Positions 35,458 to 47,077 of a stretch of DNA of 64,000 nucleotides are shown in pieces. Within the stretch, counting starts at the first letter, position 1. Each line of letters opens with the position of its first letter. Both the position numbers and the translations under genes were made by a program. The notes beneath the pieces were generated by a model. The model was not told the origin of the DNA. It ran no database searches and worked only from the letters and a program-made list of their open reading frames with translations. Source of the DNA: Penicillus capitatus (lineage: Eukaryota; Plantae; Chlorophyta); contig OZ287696.1 in assembly GCA_965649825.1 (NCBI GenBank), positions 62,001 to 126,000 on the forward strand, written 5' to 3'.

Positions 35458-36251
35458 TCAGTTATCGCTCGGTGTCTCTTCTTGAAACCATTGCATCTTC
35501 CATGCGTAGACAGCACCACAGGCAATCACATCAGCCGTGAAAACGAAAGGAAAAGACTTCCATATGAATGGAAGAAGCACATTGATCAACGGTAAGAGCA
35601 AGAATAGAATATTCAACACATCCTTCTCCGTGGCAGTGCACTCCCGTGCCCTCAACGATGGCACCGAGAACATCCAGATAGACCACATCCTGTCACAGAA
35701 GAAGCACGTTGTCACCCTATCGTATCGCCAGCCGTTTCATACCCTAGCAATCTCGCAATGGACGGCTGATCCGAAGGGAAGAGCACATTGAAAGACAACA
35801 GACCTCCAGCAATGGCTCCTACCACAGCTTGGTATCCGAACAGATCATAAAGCAGTGTCCCTGTCACAGCAGAGGATGAAAACAGGCTTCATGTGTCGAG
35901 GCACACGCCTGGCGTCGCTGGGTTTTTGACTCTGCCCGAAGGACGTGGGGCAAAGGTCGCTGCGACTTTCTTGACAGCGCGTTCGGCGTCGAGCTCTGGT
36001 TGGGATGACCGTGCGATGCGCTCGGTGCGGTCGTCGGTTTGGGTCGCCAGAAGCTCAGCCGTGCCTTCACCTTCGTCTGCCGATGTCACTGTATCGCCAG
36101 GCGAAGCGCTCTTCTTCTCCGCAGTGCAGATGGTCGCTATGGAGACGCGCCTTATCCACGGCGGTCTGCAAGAGAGGCCTGCCTGTTCACCGCAAGGTCG
36201 TTTCCACAAACCGCGCAGCGACGTGCCGCTCGAGACGGTTTGCAATTTCAT
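35458..36251 (-). CDS. RPH1: Plastid membrane protein RESISTANCE TO PHYTOPHTHORA 1-like
   Basis: ELDAERAVKKVAATFAPRPS..KNPATPG, MWSIWMFSVPSLRAREC...EKDVLNILFLLLPLINVLLPFIWKSFPFVFTAD...YAWK. Confidence 0.88.
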
Positions 36252-36300
36252 TGTTACGAAGCATTAAGGGGAAACGCGTTTTGAAGGACTCCAATTCGTT

Positions 36301-36975
36301 ATGACCCCGGCGCCAATGCACACGCGACGTCCCTTTGCTGAACGACCCATGAGTTGGAAGCGTGCCAAGGAGCTCGTTCATGAAGGAACGGAGACATCGC
36401 TGGCCGAGTTCAGCAGATCCGAGGCACAATCGCGACGCTACAAGACATCCCGAACAGAAGTGCACCGACCACTGACAGAAACGCCCATCACGACCGCTAT
36501 CTGCCACAGTTAGCGAAGGAGTACGCCTCTATGCCCGATGCCATCAAGATTCGAATCCTCAACTACGAGTACGCCGTCAACAAGGGTACCCACGCGCTGC
36601 GTTTCTTACGTCATGACGCGATGCGATGGCAGATTCTCTCAAAGAAGCAACCGTCCGTCGAAACGACAACATCATTTTCACGGAGAACGTAAGCACGAGT
36701 TCAAAAGTGTGAGATGTCCACTCCACTTCACCGTACAGGAGTTCCCCTACTACTTTGAGGACGGAATTGAACATCATGTCGTGTGGAGTGAGAAGGAATT
36801 GACGTGTGACGAAGTGGAGAAGGTGATCCGTGAGAACAGAAATGGTTATGAGACCGTTTGGTTTCGCAATCCGCTTCCCCTACAGACGATTCCGGAACTC
36901 TGGCACGTTCATGTCCTATCCCATCTGTGTACTCGTGCACAGAGAGGACATTTGAACAGCGAAACCGAAGAGTGA
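36301..36975 (+). CDS. DUF3605 (GIG1-like) protein
   Basis: MSWKRAKELV, FPYYFEDGIEHHVVWS, WFRNPLPLQTIPELWHVHV. Confidence 0.85.
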
Positions 36976-37594
36976 ATGGGCGGGCGACACGTACGCTGCC
37001 CAGAGTCATAGAAAATAGGGAGGGTGCGTTTGGTGCATCGATCGAATGGCATCTTACCTTTTCAGAATCGTCTTTATTTTTTAGTGGGATCGTTGGCATC
37101 GTTCTGCCGCCAACTCGCTGGAATCCTCCCAGAGATACTTGTGTTGTGATCACGCTAATTCTTCAGTCCTGCCGTCTATTAAAGCAGTGCTATTCCTGCT
37201 GTAGCTGTGTAGAGAATTGTTATCAAATGTGTGTTCTGTAAGTGATGTGTCTACAAAACAGCGATCAGACTTCTGCACACACTTCCACGAATCGGCCACG
37301 TGAATAAGTGAGCGCAAGAGCTCTCCTGCCGTATCTCTTACTCAGTTGCTTGTTGTATCAGATCTCGGTCGTTGCTGACAGATGAGCATTTTCAAGCTGA
37401 TTTCATCTGCGGGCACGTCAGCATTTAAGTCACATCACAAGATCCTTGAAAAGCCACGTCGGTTCGGCACCGTCAACATTTATCGTTCCGCCGATTTTTG
37501 GCTGCTTGCGCCGACAACGCCAATATCGGCGATCCCTTGCGTTTGCAAAGGCATTCGACTGTCGAGGCAAAAATCTTCGAACGCGCAGCAAACC

Positions 37595-40500
37595 ATGGCA
37601 CGCGCCGCCATTTTTAGACTCTTCGTCTGCCTGACGGCGGGTTTTGTTTTGGCGACGAACGAATACGGTAAGATTCCGCTTTTTGGTCTGACAGCAAGGC
37701 GTGAACTTGAGCAGAGAACTCCGAATGCGCTCTTTCCGCTTCGTCTATGCCCGTTTGCGGTAAAGACGGCGTTACATATGCGAAACCGGCATGTGCATTA
37801 CGAGCTGGGGTCGATCTCAACTGCATGGGCGAATGCCCCTGTGCACAAAGCAGGTGTCCGAAAATCGGCCGACCGGTCTGCGGCAAAGATGGAAAGACGC
37901 GTGGCAGCGTGTGTGAACTTCGTTTTGAGAGGGTCGAACTTGCGTGTCGCAAAGCATGCCCGTGCGAGGAGCCATGTACGTGCAACGAGGAATACGAGCC
38001 TGTGTGCGGCGCCGACGGGAAAACCTACGGCAACAGGTGTCTGGCTAAATGCGAAGGGGTTGACATTGCGTGCAAAGGCGAATGTCCATGTGAAGAATGC
38101 AAGTGTCCGGAAAGCCGCGGTTTGGTGTGTGGGGATGACGGGAAAACGTATAGCAGTGCATGCATGGCAAAATGTACGGGTGTCGGCGTCGCTTGCAGAG
38201 GCGAATGCCCTTGCGGCACAGGAAGGTGTCCGAGATTTGGTCGGCCGATTTGCGGAAAGGATGGAAAGACGTACGGAAGTTTGTGTGCGCTTCGCCATGC
38301 GAGAGCGAAAATTGCTTGCGAGGGAACGTGTCCGTGCAAACCGAAACCCTGTCCCGCCATCCTTGCTCCAGTCTGCGGATCTGACGACAAGACGTACGAC
38401 AATGTGTGCCTGGCACAAGCCGCCGGTGTCGACGTCGCATGCGAAGGAGAGTGCCCCTGTCCTCCTAAAACATCGGAAGTCTGTGTCTGCCCAAGGATCT
38501 GGGAGCCAGTCTGTGGCGTCGATGGAAAGACGTATCCCAACGAATGTGCAGCAAAATGTACAAGTGTCTCTGTGGCATGCGAAGGAGAGTGCCCCTGTCC
38601 TCCTAAAACATCGGAAGTCTGTGTCTGCCCAAGGATCTGGGAGCCAGTCTGTGGCGTCGATGGAAAGACGTATCCCAACGAATGTGCAGCAAAATGTACA
38701 AGTGTCTCTGTGGCCTGTGGAGGAGAATGTCCCTGTACTCCTAAAACAACGGAGAAACCCGAAGCATCCGGAAAACCGGAGAAACACGTAGTGTTCAGAA
38801 AACCAGAGAAACACGTAGTGTTCAGAAAACCAGAGAAACACGATAAGCCGAAGAAACCTGAAGCCTGTCTCTCCTGTCCTCTGATTCTCGCGCCTGTTTG
38901 CGGCGCCGATGGAACCACTTACGACAACGAGTGTCTGGCCGATTGCGCGGGAGTCGAGGTCAAGTGCGACGGAGAGTGCCCTTGTGAGCCTGAGAAGCCC
39001 GAACCAACTGTCGAGCCGCCATCAGTAGAGGTGCCTGAGCCTGAAGTCTGTCAATGCCCCAAGATCTTGGCTCCAGTCTGTGGCGCCGATGGAAAGACAT
39101 ACGACAACGAGTGTCTGGCCGGTTGCGCAGGAGTCGAGGTCAAGTGCGACGGAGAGTGCCCTTGTGAGCCTGAGAAGCCCGAACCAACTGTCGAGCCGCC
39201 ATCAGTAGAGGTGCCTGAGCCTGAAGTCTGTCAATGCCCCAAGATCTTGGCTCCAGTCTGTGGCGCCGATGGAAAGACATACGACAACGAGTGTCTGGCC
39301 GGTTGCGCAGGAGTCGAGGTCAAGTGCGACGGAGAGTGCCCTTGTGAGCCTGAGAAGCCCGAACCAACTGTCGAGCCGCCATCAGTAGAGGTGCCTGAGC
39401 CTGAAGTCTGTCAATGCCCCAAGATCTTGGCTCCAGTCTGTGGCGCCGATGGAAAGACATACGACAACGAGTGTCTGGCCGGTTGCGCAGGAGTCGAGGT
39501 CAAGTGCGACGGAGAGTGCCCTTGTGAGCCTGAGAAGCCCGAACCAACTGTCGAGCCGCCATCAGTAGAGGTGCCTGAGCCTGAAGTCTGTCAATGCCCC
39601 AAGATCTTGGCTCCAGTCTGTGGCGCCGATGGAAAGACATACGACAACGAGTGTCTGGCCGGTTGCGCAGGAGTCGAGGTCAAGTGCGACGGAGAGTGCC
39701 CTTGTGAGCCTGAGAAGCCCGAACCAACTGTCGAGCCGCCATCAGTAGAGGTGCCTGAGCCTGAAGTCTGTCAATGCCCCAAGATCTTGGCTCCAGTCTG
39801 TGGCGCCGATGGAAAGACATACGACAACGAGTGTCTGGCCGATTGCGCAGGAGTCGAGGTCAAGTGCGACGGAGAGTGCCCTTGTGAGCCTGAGAAGCCC
39901 GAACCAACTGTCGAGCCGCCATCAGTAGAGGTGCCTGAGCCTGAAGTCTGTCAATGCCCCAAGATCTTGGCTCCAGTCTGTGGCGCCGATGGAAAGACAT
40001 ACGACAACGAGTGTCTGGCCGATTGCGCAGGAGTCGAGGTCAAGTGCGACGGAGAGTGCCCTTGTGAGCCTGAGAAGCCCGAACCAACTGTCGAGCCGCC
40101 ATCAGTAGAGGTGCCTGAGCCTGAAGTCTGTCAATGCCCCAAGATCTTGGCTCCAGTCTGTGGCGCCGATGGAAAGACATACGACAACGAGTGTCTGGCC
40201 GGTTGCGCAGGAGTCGAGGTCAAGTGCGACGGAGAGTGCCCTTGTGAGCCTGAGAAGCCCGAACCAACTGTCGAGCCGCCATCAGTAGAGGTGCCTGAGC
40301 CTGAAGTCTGTCAATGCCCCAAGATCTTGGCTCCAGTCTGTGGCGCCGATGGAAAGACATACGACAACGAGTGTCTGGCCGGTTGCGCAGGAGTCGAGGT
40401 CAAGTGCGACGGAGAGTGCCCTTGTGAGCCTGAGAAGCCCGAACCAACTGTCGAGCCGCCATCAGTAGAGGTGCCTGAGCCTGAAGTCTGTCAATGCCCC

Positions 40501-41691
40501 AAGATCTTGGCTCCAGTCTGTGGCGCCGATGGAAAGACATACGACAACGAGTGTCTGGCCGGTTGCGCAGGAGTCGAGGTCAAGTGCGACGGAGAGTGCC
40601 CTTGTGAGCCTGAGAAGCCCGAACCAACTGTCGAGCCGCCATCAGTAGAGGTGCCTGAGCCTGAAGTCTGTCAATGCCCCAAGATCTTGGCTCCAGTCTG
40701 TGGCGCCGATGGAAAGACATACGACAACGAGTGTCTGGCCGATTGCGCAGGAGTCGAGGTCAAGTGCGACGGAGAGTGCCCTTGTGAGCCTGAGAAGCCC
40801 GAACCAACTGTCGAGCCGCCATCAGTAGAGGTGCCTGAGCCTGAAGTCTGTCAATGCCCCAAGATCTTGGCTCCAGTCTGTGGCGCCGATGGAAAGACAT
40901 ACGACAACGAGTGTCTGGCCGGTTGCGCAGGAGTCGAGGTCAAGTGCGACGGAGAGTGCCCTTGTGAGCCTGAGAAGCCCGAACCAACTGTCGAGCCGCC
41001 ATCAGTAGAGGTGCCTGAGCCTGAAGTCTGTCAATGCCCCAAGATCTTGGCTCCAGTCTGTGGCGCCGATGGAAAGACATACGACAACGAGTGTCTGGCC
41101 GATTGCGCAGGAGTCGAGGTCAAGTGCGACGGAGAGTGCCCTTGTGAGCCTGAGAAGCCCGAACCAACTGTCGAGCCGCCATCAGTAGAGGTGCCTGAGC
41201 CTGAAGTCTGTCAATGCCCCAAGATCTTGGCTCCAGTCTGTGGCGCCGATGGAAAGACATACGACAACGAGTGTCTGGCCGATTGCGCAGGAGTCGAGGT
41301 CAAGTGCGACGGAGAGTGCCCTTGTGAGCCTGAGAAGCCCGAACCAACTGTCGAGCCGCCATCAGTAGAGGTGCCTGAGCCTGAAGTCTGTCAATGCCCC
41401 AAGATCTTGGCTCCAGTCTGTGGCGCCGATGGAAAGACATACGACAACGAGTGTCTGGCCGATTGCGCAGGAGTCGAGGTCAAGTGCAAGGGACAATGTC
41501 CATGCAGAAAAGGAAAATGCCCAGACTTTGTGAAAGAAATGTGCGGAAAGGATGGAGTGACCTACAAAAACCTCTGCACGCTCAGACATGCTCGTGTCGG
41601 AGTGGCATGTGAAGGACCATGTCCCTGTCCCAAACATTCAGAATTTTTCTTTGGCTATTCTGGATATCTGAACAAACGCATCGTTGTTTGA
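37595..41691 (+). CDS. Secreted multi-domain Kazal-type serine protease inhibitor 1 (24 Kazal domains)
   Basis: Signal exon [20 protein letters not shown], one phase-1 intron, then repeated C-x-C-x7-C-G-x-D-G-x-T-Y-x-N-x-C-x3-C units. Confidence 0.92.
38921..41487 (+). repeat. Coding tandem array, 14 x 180 bp; units identical except at one G/A site
   Basis: The sequence repeats every three 60-nt lines from about 38.9 to 41.5 kb. The only variable position is the codon ggt/gat at 39121+180n. Confidence 0.97.
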
Positions 41692-43790
41692 TTCCTATCC
41701 TTTCCATTTGCTATTTCCGTTCCCTGAGATTTGATTCGCTTATCCATCTGAGTTTTTCTGTTTATCAACTTGCAAACGTGTCAAACATTTCGGACGAATG
41801 AATCTCTGTTGTCTCCACACACGATTCGCGCATTATAGTATCAGCATACTGATCACCTAGAACAATCTTCTTCGGTTGAGGAAGAGATCATTGAAATCGA
41901 CGTTGATGCAAACTGTCCAATTTTGGGATGCTCTAGGTGCCAAAGTAACTGACTAAAGCACTGTCCCACCGCAATAAGCATCTGCTGCTGCTATCTTCTC
42001 CTTTCTACTTTGTACCATGCACAACGTTCCATGAAATCTCCACAGGAACGGTTTAGCGAGATCGTATCCGCTGACGGTCCTTCTTCATGTCCATCGACAC
42101 GAATTTCATGTTTACTCTTGGTTAAGATTCGAGAGAGCATTCGAGGTAATGTAGAACTAAATTTTTCGTTTCAGACCACTAGACACATGGATTCAAGGTA
42201 AGGGTCGTTATGGACCAGCGAAGCATGAAACCACGTCTGTATCAATTGACGATATTGTCTTGTAGACTTGACGTCTATGGGAAGGCAACCAGTTCGTACA
42301 CACTTCGAAACTCGCCTTCGCTTATCTAGAAGAAGTCGTTCATGGTTGATTCGGACTGATCTTGCTGCAAACTATGAGGTTCTTTGTAAATCCATCCGCT
42401 ATTTGTTTATCTGCTTGACGACTCGAATAGCCTTTATCTAAGTTCTGAGAAATCTGGCGACTCTGGCATCACGACAAGGTAGAAACTCTCAACGGCGTTG
42501 TTCAACGGAATCTTAGATTCGTGGAAAAGAAGGATAGCAGATGAAGGTATTCTTCATTGAGGAACCGCTAAAAGTACAAGTGAACGCAAACCCACGGAAT
42601 GTTGTCAAGAACAGGTGGTGTGGTCTTATTTGGGAAGTGGCAGCGTGTGGGAAGCTATGCGACCAGAGAGATTTACAAGAGAGGCTCTGCTTCGAGTCCC
42701 CTTCATCCAAAGCGTCAACATTTGCTTCTGCGTCGAGAATTCCACTGCTAACAACCATTGCAAAATGCAACCTACGTTCCAAACACCCTTTGATCTCCGT
42801 GGACGGACACTCAGGATTCATTTGTGAAGTCGACTAGACGCACAAAGCTCTTCAATTGGCTTCGGTCGGTGCTATAAGGCTTTCTTCAGTAAGGATCAAC
42901 GAATCGATATCATGGCCCTCATCAGCCATCTGAGGACAGAAATCCCTTTTCAAGCTATCTATGCCTAAGCAGCGTACCAGATGGAACGACAACTTCAGTG
43001 TTTTGATATGGCGACGACCTTCAAGGAAAACCGTTAACCGGTTAACGTCGACGCTTGCGTTATTGCTTTGTACGGAGCCTATCTCTCCCAGCAACCCAGA
43101 GCACTACTGCGTCCAACGACGTAGCGCGTTGTACGGACTGCGTTAGTTTTGTTGGCATCGACTGGTCGAGGCAATTGCACATTACCTGGATGTAAACGAC
43201 CCATCACCCTCATCCGACTGCCGTCGAAGCACAGTCTGCAAACCGCCCCTGCTTTGTAGAACCGTACGCGATGCAAGTGGTATGAGAGAGATCCGTCAGC
43301 AGATAATCCTCTAGACGAGGCAGTACTGTGCAGAGACACACGTCAAGCAGTGCTCGTTAAGACTGCCTCGCGCATTTCTCCTTGCACTCTATGACGATGA
43401 AAGACGCAGAAAAAGGCAGAGGTTGGAAAGCGGCATGCCTCGTTAATGAGCATGAGGGCGACAGGGTGCGCATACAACCAACGTCCATTACCTTGCTTCG
43501 CACGCGGCTACTAAGCATTTCAGCAAACGGATGTCCTTCATGCAGTCAAATAGACGGCTCTTGTCCAACGGTTGTGAATTGGGTTTAAGGGACTTTGCTG
43601 GATGACGCTGTTTGGAAGACGTGCGGCGGTCGAAGCTACGGGCGGTTTGCATTTTTGGATCGTCGTATGCAGCCGTGCTTTATTTTAAGTGCCAAGGCAC
43701 TATATAAACGAGAATCAGCTCGCTTAGTCAATTCCTTTCTTGCGCGCTACCTCTTCCTATATTTCAGTCTAATACCAGAACAGCAGCATC

Positions 43791-44340
43791 ATGGCTAAAA
43801 GCACCCGCGTCGAACTTGTATTGTCCCTGGGACTCGTTCTCCTTCTCCTCGCCACGACGACACGTGCGTTTCTCTGTGACAACGAGCTCCTTTATGATTT
43901 GACTGCTAACAGAGGCGCGTCAGCTGAAACAAGGTGAAGGGGAAGAGGAGGGAGAGGAGGCATCCACTACATCAACAGAACCGGCAGCCGAGGCATCCAC
44001 TACATCGCCGGGACAGGAGGCAGCCGTGGAACCCACTGCATCGACGGGACAGGAGGGAGAAGAGGCAGCCGAGACAGCCAACACTCCACCAAGTAAGTGT
44101 GTTCTCTTGTTACGTGCGTAAGAGGAATGCAACAGGCGATTGTACCAACGATCCGTGCTCGGAAGCGACCTGCGAAGACTACCCAGATGCGACATGTTCA
44201 GCAGTGCCGACATCTGAAGGTGAAGCGTGCACAGCGGAGTTCATGTTGGACAACGAAGTCGTGTCATGCGGTAAGTCCATCGATTTCATAGACATCATTG
44301 AGATGCTGTGACTGAAGGCACTGAATCGAGTGAAGAGTAA
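43791..44340 (+). CDS. Small secreted protein: signal peptide, Glu/Thr/Ala-rich spacer, 6-Cys module; 3 introns inferred
   Basis: TATATAAA at about 43700; MAKSTRVELVLSLGLVLLLLA; DCTNDPCSEATCEDYPDATCSAVPTSEGEACTAEFMLDNEVVSC. Confidence 0.7.
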
Positions 44341-47077
44341 GCTACTTTACACACTGGAGAGCTACTACTCAACAGTTAATATTGATTTATTCGTCCGTCC
44401 TTAGAAACCGTCAGTCTTTTAGAAACGCTTCGATTTTTCTTTATGGGTCGACCCACCCACTTACCAGATTCTTGACGAAAGGAACAGCTAGGGCTTACCG
44501 TGATTGTACCGACCTTTGTCCTTGCGGCAAAGGAACTCGTGTTCCGAGGGAGTATCTGAGACCACGTGAAAGACGTTCATGTAAAGCATGCGTTATTCGC
44601 ATAACGACGATTTAGCTAGGAGAACACAGCGCGAGAAAACGAAGGTAGCAGTAGAGACGACAACCTTATCAAACGGCATGTGCGCCGCGCTTGACGAAAT
44701 CGGTGTCTGTTTCGAACGCGTCGTCTTCCAGTAAAGCGCATTCACCTGAGACATTCTCTCTTTGGTCCAGCCTTGATGCGGAGACCACACATAGTTGCCT
44801 GTACCTTCGACTCTATCCATTAGCAGACAGTGCGAGGCGGAAAACAGATAAAAGCTCTAGGACACGAATGATGCAAAAAGCAACGCCTTGTTTTATCAAG
44901 ACAGATTTCAAGAGCAGTGTTTCTCATGATGCCTTAGTCACATGCTTCATCCACATCGATAGGAACTAGATAGGAATCGAATCGGTTGGACTTGAACGTT
45001 TCGTCTAAGGAACTGCAGAAGTTCGGGTTGGAGATGGTGGACAGGACTTTGAAGAACACTATTTGCCTCTGTGCTACGTGGGAATCGTCTAGATGTGAGC
45101 ACAAAAGCAGTGTCTCCTCAAAACTTCGATGAAATGGGACGCATTCAAGCAAGTAAGTGGCCAGTCACCTCTTAGCCCCGTCCGTCTTCATTTCTAGAAA
45201 ACCTCCCCCCTCATAATTCTCTCGATGAAGAGGGATCACGCGTTATCTTCGGTTCGTTGTCATGAACCACGATAGACCAATCGTCAGCTGAAGATGATCC
45301 ACGTTTGCCTCACGTCTGGAGCCGCTTACCCGACGGCGCAGATATTGATCGTCACCTGTTAGGAAGTCCTTGCCTTCTAAGAAGGACCGATTCAAACTTA
45401 GAGTCAAGCATCTGTGTTGATATGGAGCGAGACTTCGTCCCACTGAGCTGGTGCTCCTTGTGATGTGACATTAACGGTTTCCAAAATGAAAACTAAACAG
45501 AAAGCGACATTCGCAAACCTTTAGGCGTTTGAGAACTGCAACGGTAATGTCAACGGCGCCATTTTGTTAACCCTCCACTCCTGTAGGCTTCGATGCTCGC
45601 AATGAACCTTTAAAACGGTTTTCGATTTCTGTTGTATGATCCGCGTCTTTTGAAGACTCGGTTAATGCGGCGGAACTTTTTGCGTCACGAGCAATCGTGG
45701 GATAGATAGCATCCCGGCACTCCATTCAGTTGCTGCTCCGTATGCGGACGCGATAAAAAATTCATAGCTCGGTCGTTCAATGACCACTGCACTACTCTGC
45801 ATCTGCCTCGCCGACCGTGCGAAATCTCGCGCAATTAACTGCCGCGGATCACAGTGAAAATTAAAAGGGCAAAGTTTGCCCGCCACTGGCGATGAGGTTT
45901 GTGTCGCATAGATGTTCTTTTCTGTACGACCGCGTTACAGCGATCGGACAAATCTCTGCGACAACTTTTCATGTACTCTAAAATCCATGTGCCCGCGGGT
46001 GAATTCTACAGAGAGCTTACAACACGGCAACGATTTTGCTAGGGCAGGTACTGCATAGACACATAAAGACATCATGCATCACCTAAGGCGACTGATTGTT
46101 AGTATCGGACTGATAATAGGTATCCATGTAGGAATACATCTACAAGACAGATCGCAACAAAGGTAAGAATTCCGAAAAGATCGATTTGGCCGTCTATCGA
46201 TCTAATGTGTCTAGCTGATCGTTGACGTACAGAACCATAAGACATCGATCCGTAGTTGGCAGTGGATGACGACGACCCGTTCCGAAGGTCATTCGTTTTC
46301 TGCAGGGTGTTCATTTGGCAGGTACATCGACAGCGTATCTTACTGCGGCAGAATCAGATGCTCGTTACTCTTCTCTTCCTCCGTGCTCTTTGCTTGCTTC
46401 AGAATCTGCACACAGTGCGTTAGTTGTCATGACTGGGAATGCGATCATCGCTCATCCAATACCCATGCATGCATTGCCTCTATCTTCTTTGTCTGTCTAC
46501 CTAGCTAGCTGTGCATCTATCTCACTGTCGACTTTTTGATGTGACATGATGGCCCATACATTCAAATCATCCATCCCCATACGGCCTCCCATTCCTCTGG
46601 CAACTAAGGTCGGATTGGTCTTCGACAATGAGACAGTGACTTTTTGTTTCTTCCTTTCTCTTTTTTCGATCAATATCGGTGCTCTGAGTGAAAAAACGAT
46701 GAAAATTGAAAATGACGGCGGGCCTTAGATGCGATTTTCTGTGCGTATACTGGTCGATGCTCAGCTGAGAATGGTCAGAGACGTAGAACTCGATCTGCTG
46801 TTTTCGAGGATGGTGCGTCTTTGACCGCCGAGGCTTCGCATCCGTCCGTTTACCTTCTGCAAATGCCGCCGTTATTCGCGCCGTCATTCGGAATTTTAAT
46901 TTGGCCAAAGATGCGCTTGCTTCGGCCACGTCTGACAGACGCGGACGACAAATATGCTTCCGACGGTCTTAAAAACCTTTGCCGCCGTCATTTTGGCATT
47001 GTCGAACGACACGTTTCAGATCAGACCAGACGCCGGTTGCCATGTCGACTGTTCAACGGGGTCATAGAAGACCGGAC

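Noticed and set aside
37382-38918. Long overlapping ORFs (37382-38791 +, 37798-38841 -, 38025-38918 -)
   Set aside because: Shadow frames of the Cys-rich repetitive Kazal CDS.
38921-41487. CRISPR-like array
   Set aside because: No unique spacers; this is an in-frame coding tandem repeat in a eukaryotic gene.
41900-43400. Decayed LRR/F-box-like or transposase sequence between the Kazal genes (also about 44.6-45.2 kb)
   Set aside because: Fragmented frames with many stops and no diagnostic motif that I could recognise.
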